NCBI GenBank assembly: GCA_020137815.1
Contig: CM035356.1
Location: 248,001-312,000 of the forward strand
Reading direction: 5' to 3'
Origin: Hormiphora californensis
Lineage: Eukaryota > Animalia > Ctenophora
Length of the DNA stretch: 64,000 bases
In this document: positions 57,571 through 64,000 of the stretch, piece after piece
How the letters are laid out: every line of letters starts with the position of its first letter
How positions within the stretch are numbered: position 1 is the stretch's first letter
The notes under the pieces: model-generated
Databases searched by the model: none
What the model was told of the DNA's origin: nothing
What the model saw: the letters and a program-made list of their open reading frames with translations, nothing else
Translations under genes and position numbers: made by a program

Positions 57571-58939
57571 ATTGTATAGGCCACTGTCATGGAATACTGC
57601 ATATGACCCGGGAGAATATTGTTGAGGTGACTCCTGTCATCAACCAATTATAACGGTAAATTCCTGGTGAAAATATGCCAACCCCGCCTTATAGTCCTAC
57701 TTAGATAAAGTGCATGTCATGCAGCTACCTAATTTAGACCTCACAGTTCACACACAACAAATTCTGAATTTTCAGTTTTCCGAGTGATAATTATTGGAAT
57801 TATCGCGGTGGCTCTGTGTTCAAGAATGATTATAGTTAGATCGAGATTGTGAAACATGTAGCTATATGTGATGTTACGAAATGTAATATATTGGTTTATA
57901 TAATAACCTAGCTTATTAACTGGAAGTAACATGGACATGGAAAGATAAATATTGAAGAAATTAAAGAGGAAAATAGAACATAAAAAATATGAAACGTAAA
58001 ATAATCAAAGTAGTCATGGGAATTAGTTGAGACTAAATTGTCGTTGTAAGGACCTAACGCACAGACTGTGTTAATATAAAATGGGCTGCATGGACAAGTC
58101 TGACACTGAGAGACACATTTAGGGTTTCTACTGCAATAAAAACATTAAACGAGGAAGCAAGGAATTAAGTGGCTATTTTACACTGGCTTTCCGTGTCAGC
58201 GGCTGTTTTTCGGTCCAGGTATAAAATTCCTATTTTTGGTTTCGTTAGTAATTTTACGGGCCTTATAGGGAATTTGGACGGGCCTTAATTCAGGAATTAC
58301 TTAGCCTTGAGAATGACAGTGAACTTGCCTCAAAGGAACTTTAAATAGGATAGTTCCCACTAATTATTGTGTCTGCATGTGGACCACAGTGGTGAAGCAG
58401 CGGTTATAGATAGAGAGAGTTAGTCAATATATTCATAATTATAGTCGCGGGGTCGGTCTTCTTACAACTCAATCGAGCCTGGGGAATTATGCATATTGAC
58501 CAACTTGCAGTATACTTCCAACCGCGCCCCATTCATGAAACCATAATTGGATGATGGGTGGAAGCTGTGGTAGTTTCGAAGCTTCATTTGAGTAAATTGT
58601 GGTGTTTCTATCAACACGGCTAAAATAAACAGGAACTGGATAGTAGTACAAAATAGTAATACCGTGAAAGCTGTCAAACTAAGCAGTGTGGAAGCTTGTC
58701 AGAAGTTTTTAGAATATGGCCTGTAGAAAGATAAACATATGTTTCAAAAGCATACAATTGATTTTCATTGCATTGGAACATAATTTGACCACTGGACGTG
58801 ACTGAGATAATTTTAATATTTTTATCTAAATATCTATAAACAGAAACAGCCATGGTATGGTTATTGGTTGATCATTATAATTCTGAGAGCAGATCTCACA
58901 GTTGAAATATACAGTGATTTCACACAATATATCGACTCT

Positions 58940-58971
<32 letters not shown>

Positions 58972-59014
58972 GCCTCTGCTCCTCTCTGTCTCTATCTCTC
59001 CTCCTCCTCTCTCG

Positions 59015-59047
<33 letters not shown>

Positions 59048-61780
59048 GCTCTCTCTCTCTCTCCTCACTCGGCTCTTCTCTCGTCTTCTCTCTCTCTCTC
59101 TCTCTCTCTGCTGCCTCTCTTCCTCTCTCTCTCTTCTCTGCTCTCTCTCTCCTCTCTCTCTCACCGCGCTGGCCTGCTAGGTGACAGCTCGAGCACCGGG
59201 CTTCCCGCTCTCTCCTCTCTTCTCTCCTCCTCTCTCTTCTCTCTCTGCTCTTCTCTCCCCATCTGCGTCTCTGTCTCTCTCTGTCGATACCGTCGTTCCT
59301 CTTCTCAACTCGTAGCTCTCACGGTCCTAACAACTGTTCCATCTTCGTCCGTGTCATCTCTCTCTCTCTCTCTCTCTCTCCCCTCCCTCTTCCTGCCATT
59401 ATTTAGAGTCTGAACCGCAACATGGATGACAGCTGTAATCTATCCTCAGTGTGAGTCCTCTAATATATCCTCCATTATTTACCCATCTCAATTCAATGAC
59501 ATATATCGTTTGTCCAAGTAATACAAGATGGGGACAGTAATACATGCCCTACATAATATACTTTCCTTATCGAGACTTTATGAAGTTGCTGTACAGTGTG
59601 CACTTCATATTGTCCAATGATAAATTGCTAAATACCAACACAAGAGTTATATTAATAAACACAGCACATTTAGAAAATATGAAATAAAGGAGGCGATTGC
59701 GGTGGGGGCCTCCCATTCTCTCAAAGGCAGCAACGAAGTACAGACGCCTCAACACTAATACTACACGGGGTATAACGGGTAATATAAGAGGAGGAATTGC
59801 TGTACAACAACCGAAACTGCGGTTTTGTTTCGAAATTGTCCAAACTAAAGCTGTAATGTTTATATTGAAGGCGTGGCTATTCCGGAAACAACTGAATCTA
59901 AATTGGGCTCCAACTATGGTTCTCAGTATACCATCATGAATCTTCCAAGCTGATGGGTCACTACACACAGCACTATTATCAGAGATTTCACTAAACATCC
60001 ATGAAGGAAAAAGGACTTTCGCTACCAAAAAAAGTCGCTTCTGTCATCTCTACCAGCAACAAGCAAATCACATTAGGAATTTATTTGATTAACCCTCTTC
60101 TCTGCCTGTCTGCTGTACTGGTGTTTCACACACACAAACACTCCCTGGAACACGGTTCTCTGCAGTATCAGTTTATTGCCCAACTAGATAACTCTGTATA
60201 GATGGAACCATGGCCAACTAGTTAGAGAAACTACCAGGTCTTGAGATCAGACCTCTGATCTCAAGAGCTGATATTTGTCACAACAGGGTAGAGGTCTGGC
60301 TAGAGTTCCCCATCCTGACAGAGGCAGTGAAGAATGTGCTGAAAGATATTGACAAGTGCAAATTAGAGGGTTGTAGCAAGTAGTCGGAGTCTGTTGAAAT
60401 CTAGACAAAATTCGTAATAATGAAAGTATATATGGAGAATATTTACATAACTTATGTAGCATGAGTCCGGCATTATATATTGATCTTGGCTAGACTGGTG
60501 ACCATGGGGCAAATGTTAGAATCATGTGTTCAAGAAGTATCCAGCTACGATTACACGTGGGCACCCCGCTATAATTACAGGAAGGTTTATTGGAGCTCGC
60601 ATTTTCTCTGCTATATACATTATACAGCGACTACAGGGAAATTGTTCGAGCTTTGTTGGGAAATTTATCCATTATTTTATCAAATAATTAGTCGCTACAG
60701 TGACAGATATGATTACTATAAGATAGGAAATGTTCCTGGCATGAACTGCAGATCAATACGCTATATATTCGCAATAATTTGCCTTTTTTATTTCTCATAC
60801 AGAAGAAGCTGCAAAGAAAGATACAGAAATAGCCATATTATTCTCCTAGTGATATGATGGACTGTGGGCCACTAAATTGCAATAATTGACGACAAAAGAA
60901 CGAGACAAAAGAACGAGATATGGGTATATTTTAGTGCTATACCGCGTCTAAAAGTATTGTGGGAACAAATTAAGTGGCTTCTGCAGCGGTGAATGGTAAT
61001 TAGATGGCAGTTATAAGTTCCCTACAAGTTGGTACCTGCTGATTAATTTTGTCACAGAAACTAAAATTCGCCAATTAAGCTAACTAAAAAACGGTGATAT
61101 ATTAATCCAAGGGAAAGCGAAAGGGGCAGAAAACATATCAGATGTTCTGACGTTGTGAAAACATCACATACATATCGGCTGTGTTTATCCAACGAACCTG
61201 GGCAACGCAATTAAAGGTTGATTAATTAAACAGGGAACTGGGTATTAGGTAATCTAAAAAAGAATTAGGTCAGCGGCCAAGGGGGTGCTACAAATTGCAA
61301 TGGTAATAAAAATTAACGTGGAGTTTGAAAAGCAGTGTGTTAGTGACTAATGGAGTAATGGACAATGGTATAGGTGAGATATATAGAAGCGTCTCTATGG
61401 CTGCAGGCATAATGACTTGCATTGATTCCCCAGTACATCTTATCCTATCTCTATCTCTCATTCTATCTCCCATTCTATCTCCCATTCTATCTCCCATTCT
61501 CTCTCTCTCTATCCACCCATATATCTCTATCTTCACCTATCTCTATCTCTATCTCTATCTCTCATTCTATCTCCCATTCTATCTCCCATTCTCTCTCTAT
61601 ATCCACCCATATCTCTCTCTCTATGCACCTCTCTCTATCTATATCTTTATCGCCCTCTCTCTCCACGTATCCCCACCAGGTTGCCCAAGTTAAGCCACCT
61701 GCAACTGGCTCATGAACTTGCCACTTGGGCCAACTCTACCCCGTTCTAATTGGATCTTCCTTCGCATCCTTAGACTAACT

Positions 61781-61880
<100 letters not shown>

Positions 61881-62503
61881 TGCTGCAGCAGGTCAAAATA
61901 GGTGTGTAAGGTTGCTGCAGAGAAGAGAGAAAGGCACCAATAGAGCGAAGGTGAAGACACGAAAGAAAGGAATAGTGAGGCTGGGTGGATGTTAAATTTC
62001 ACACCCAAAGAGGCACATAGAACTAATGATCTAGGTTGTATTGAGCTAATTTTAGAAAGGGCCACCATTAACAGTTTGATACATCTGTTCAGACTCACTC
62101 GCGCCAATTTAAGATCAGTTGCAGAAGATTGGAAATTATAAATATAGCAATGGTACTCAAAGGGCACCACATGAAAGATCAAGCAACAGTTTAGTAGCCC
62201 CCATAAATGAAATGTTACAACAAGAGAAGACACATCTCTCATGTAGAGCTTCACAAAATGTAACGGACTCAAAAGCGTGTGACATATCTCATGGGACTGC
62301 TTGCTAATGGGAATGGAAGATTCTTGTTATACCATTAACCTCAATCTGTATGGACATCCTGGACCCACTTACCTTGTTCTATCTGTAAAGGAGAACAAGA
62401 ACCCACCAGATCCAAGCACTAATACCCCATCTTCATGTTATGAACATATCCCACATATATACAACTGAAGTCTGAACTTCAAGTTCTAGGAGATCTCTTC
62501 TTG

Positions 62504-63653
62504 AGCTACAGTTCTGAGACAGCTCTCTGCAGCTCAACTACAGTTCTGAGACAGCTCTCTGCAGCTCAACTACAGTTCTGAGACAGCTCTCTGCAGCTCC
62601 ACCTCAACTAAGTTCTGATACAGACTCCTCTGCAGCTCAACTACAAGTGTCTGAGAACAGGCTCTCTGCAGCTCACCTACAGTTCTGAGACGAGCACGTA
62701 TTTACACGCGCCAACTACAGTTCGAGACATGCCATCTGCAGCTCAACTACAATCTGAGGACCAGAGACTGCGCGCTCAACTCAGGTTCGATGGAGACAGC
62801 TCCTGAAGCTTTCAACTACGTTGTGGTGGACCGAGCGCGTCTCTGCGTCTCAACTACAGTTTGAGACCGATCGCTGCAGCTCAACTACGTTCTGAGCCAG
62901 CTCTTGCAGGCTCAACTACAATCTGAGACAGCTCTCTGCAGACCAAACTTACAGTTATGAGGACAGCTCTCTGCAGTCAACTACAGTTCTGAGGACACAC
63001 TCTTGCAGCTCAATACAGTTCTGAGACAGCTCTTTCTGCAGATCCGCTCCAGTCTGAGACAGCTCTCTGTGCAAGTCAAACTACAGTTCTGAGACAGCTA
63101 TGCAGCCAACTATATTCTAAGGGACAGCTCTCTGCAGGCTCAAACTTACAGTTTTCTGTTGAGTACAGACCTCTCATGCAGCTCAACTACAGTTCTGGAA
63201 ACAGCCCTCGCCAGCTCACTACAATTCTGAGACAGCTCTCTGCAGCTCAACTACAGTTCTGAGACAGCTCTCTGCAGCTCAACTACAGTTCTGAGACAGC
63301 TCTCTGCAGCTCAACTACAGTTCTGAGACAGCTCTCTGCAGCTCAACTACAGTTCTGAGACAGCTCTCTGCAGCTCAACTACAGTTCTGAGACAGCTCTC
63401 TGCAGCTCAACTACAATTCTGAGACAGCTCTCTGCAGCTCAACTACAGTTCTAAGACAGCTCTCTGCAGCTCAACTACAGTTCTGAGACAGCTCTCTGCA
63501 ACTCAACTACAGTTCTAAGACAGCTCTCTGCAGCTCAACTACAGTTCTGAGACAGCTCTCTGCAGCTCAACTACAGTTCTGAGACAGCTCTCTGCAGCTC
63601 AACTACAGTTCTGAGACAGATCTCTGCAGCTCAACTACAATTCTGAGACAGCT
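62504..63653. repeat. 32-bp satellite CAGCTCTCTGCAGCTCAACTACAGTTCTGAGA, ~36 copies
   Basis: Head-to-tail with no spacers; noisy copies 62600-63220. Confidence 0.95.
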
Positions 63654-63880
63654 ATAATTCTAGCTCTTGTCGAGCTAAACCCACAATGTAGCTGGACACT
63701 GTTAATATCATTAAGTTGCGACTCACTTCATAGAAGTATGGCTAAGGCTTCTGCTGCCTCTCTTCAACCAATACTCTCGCTGAAACCCATTAATTTCGAT
63801 CGGGGCAGTTGCTTACTAACTCACTAGGTTCATAAGAAAACTGACCTGAACCCAATTGAAAAGAGAGAGAGGAGAGAGAG

Positions 63881-63920
<40 letters not shown>

Positions 63921-63955
63921 CGAGAGAGAGAGAGACGGAGAGGAGAGAGAGAGAG

Positions 63956-63989
<34 letters not shown>

Positions 63990-64000
63990 AGAGATAGAGA

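Noticed and set aside
59400-60900. Possible decayed membrane-protein coding region (ORFs 59567-60028, 60480-60857)
   Set aside because: No motif I can recognise and no consistent exon chain; needs BLASTx
62504-63653. 32-bp repeat array as CRISPR
   Set aside because: Head-to-tail with no unique spacers, eukaryotic context, no cas genes; variation looks like read noise

Overview
Compact, intron-containing eukaryotic (animal) DNA rich in (GA)n/(TC)n microsatellites and MITEs. Gene style and the TA|CAGTCGGACCCCGATTTAG MITE suggest a ctenophore, but this is an inference. Minus-strand left arm: intronless TTLL11-like gene, followed by the 5' part of a Hook/Girdin (CCDC88)-family gene. Between two mutually inverted CGTGGGAA-rich elements (7989-8058, 12072-12144) lies a decayed PDZ gene. 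A long co-oriented plus-strand run follows: hnRNP A/B-type gene, AF10/MLLT10-like, three tandem Nova-like 2xKH paralogs, PSMA1, PEN-2, COPS7, SAC3-domain gene, PCSK5-like convertase, UBE2K and two paralogous microproteins. It is interrupted only by an antisense secreted PLAT-domain gene carrying nested DNA transposons. A rhodopsin-class GPCR, a LINE fragment with a 444-bp flanking duplication and a 32-bp satellite close the window. Most notable: almost every ATG sits 1-28 nt behind a 3' splice site, intergenic gaps are tiny, and promoter-like sequence is seen only at cluster heads. This points to divergent operon-like units resolved by trans- or alternative splicing. The head of the plus unit is an RNA-binding-protein cassette interleaved with G.U-rich hairpins, YCAY clusters and candidate poison/micro-exons. 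Parts of the assembly (about 27.5-29.3 kb, 41.2-42.7 kb, 62.6-63.2 kb) look error-prone. All family calls are from recalled motifs, not database searches.
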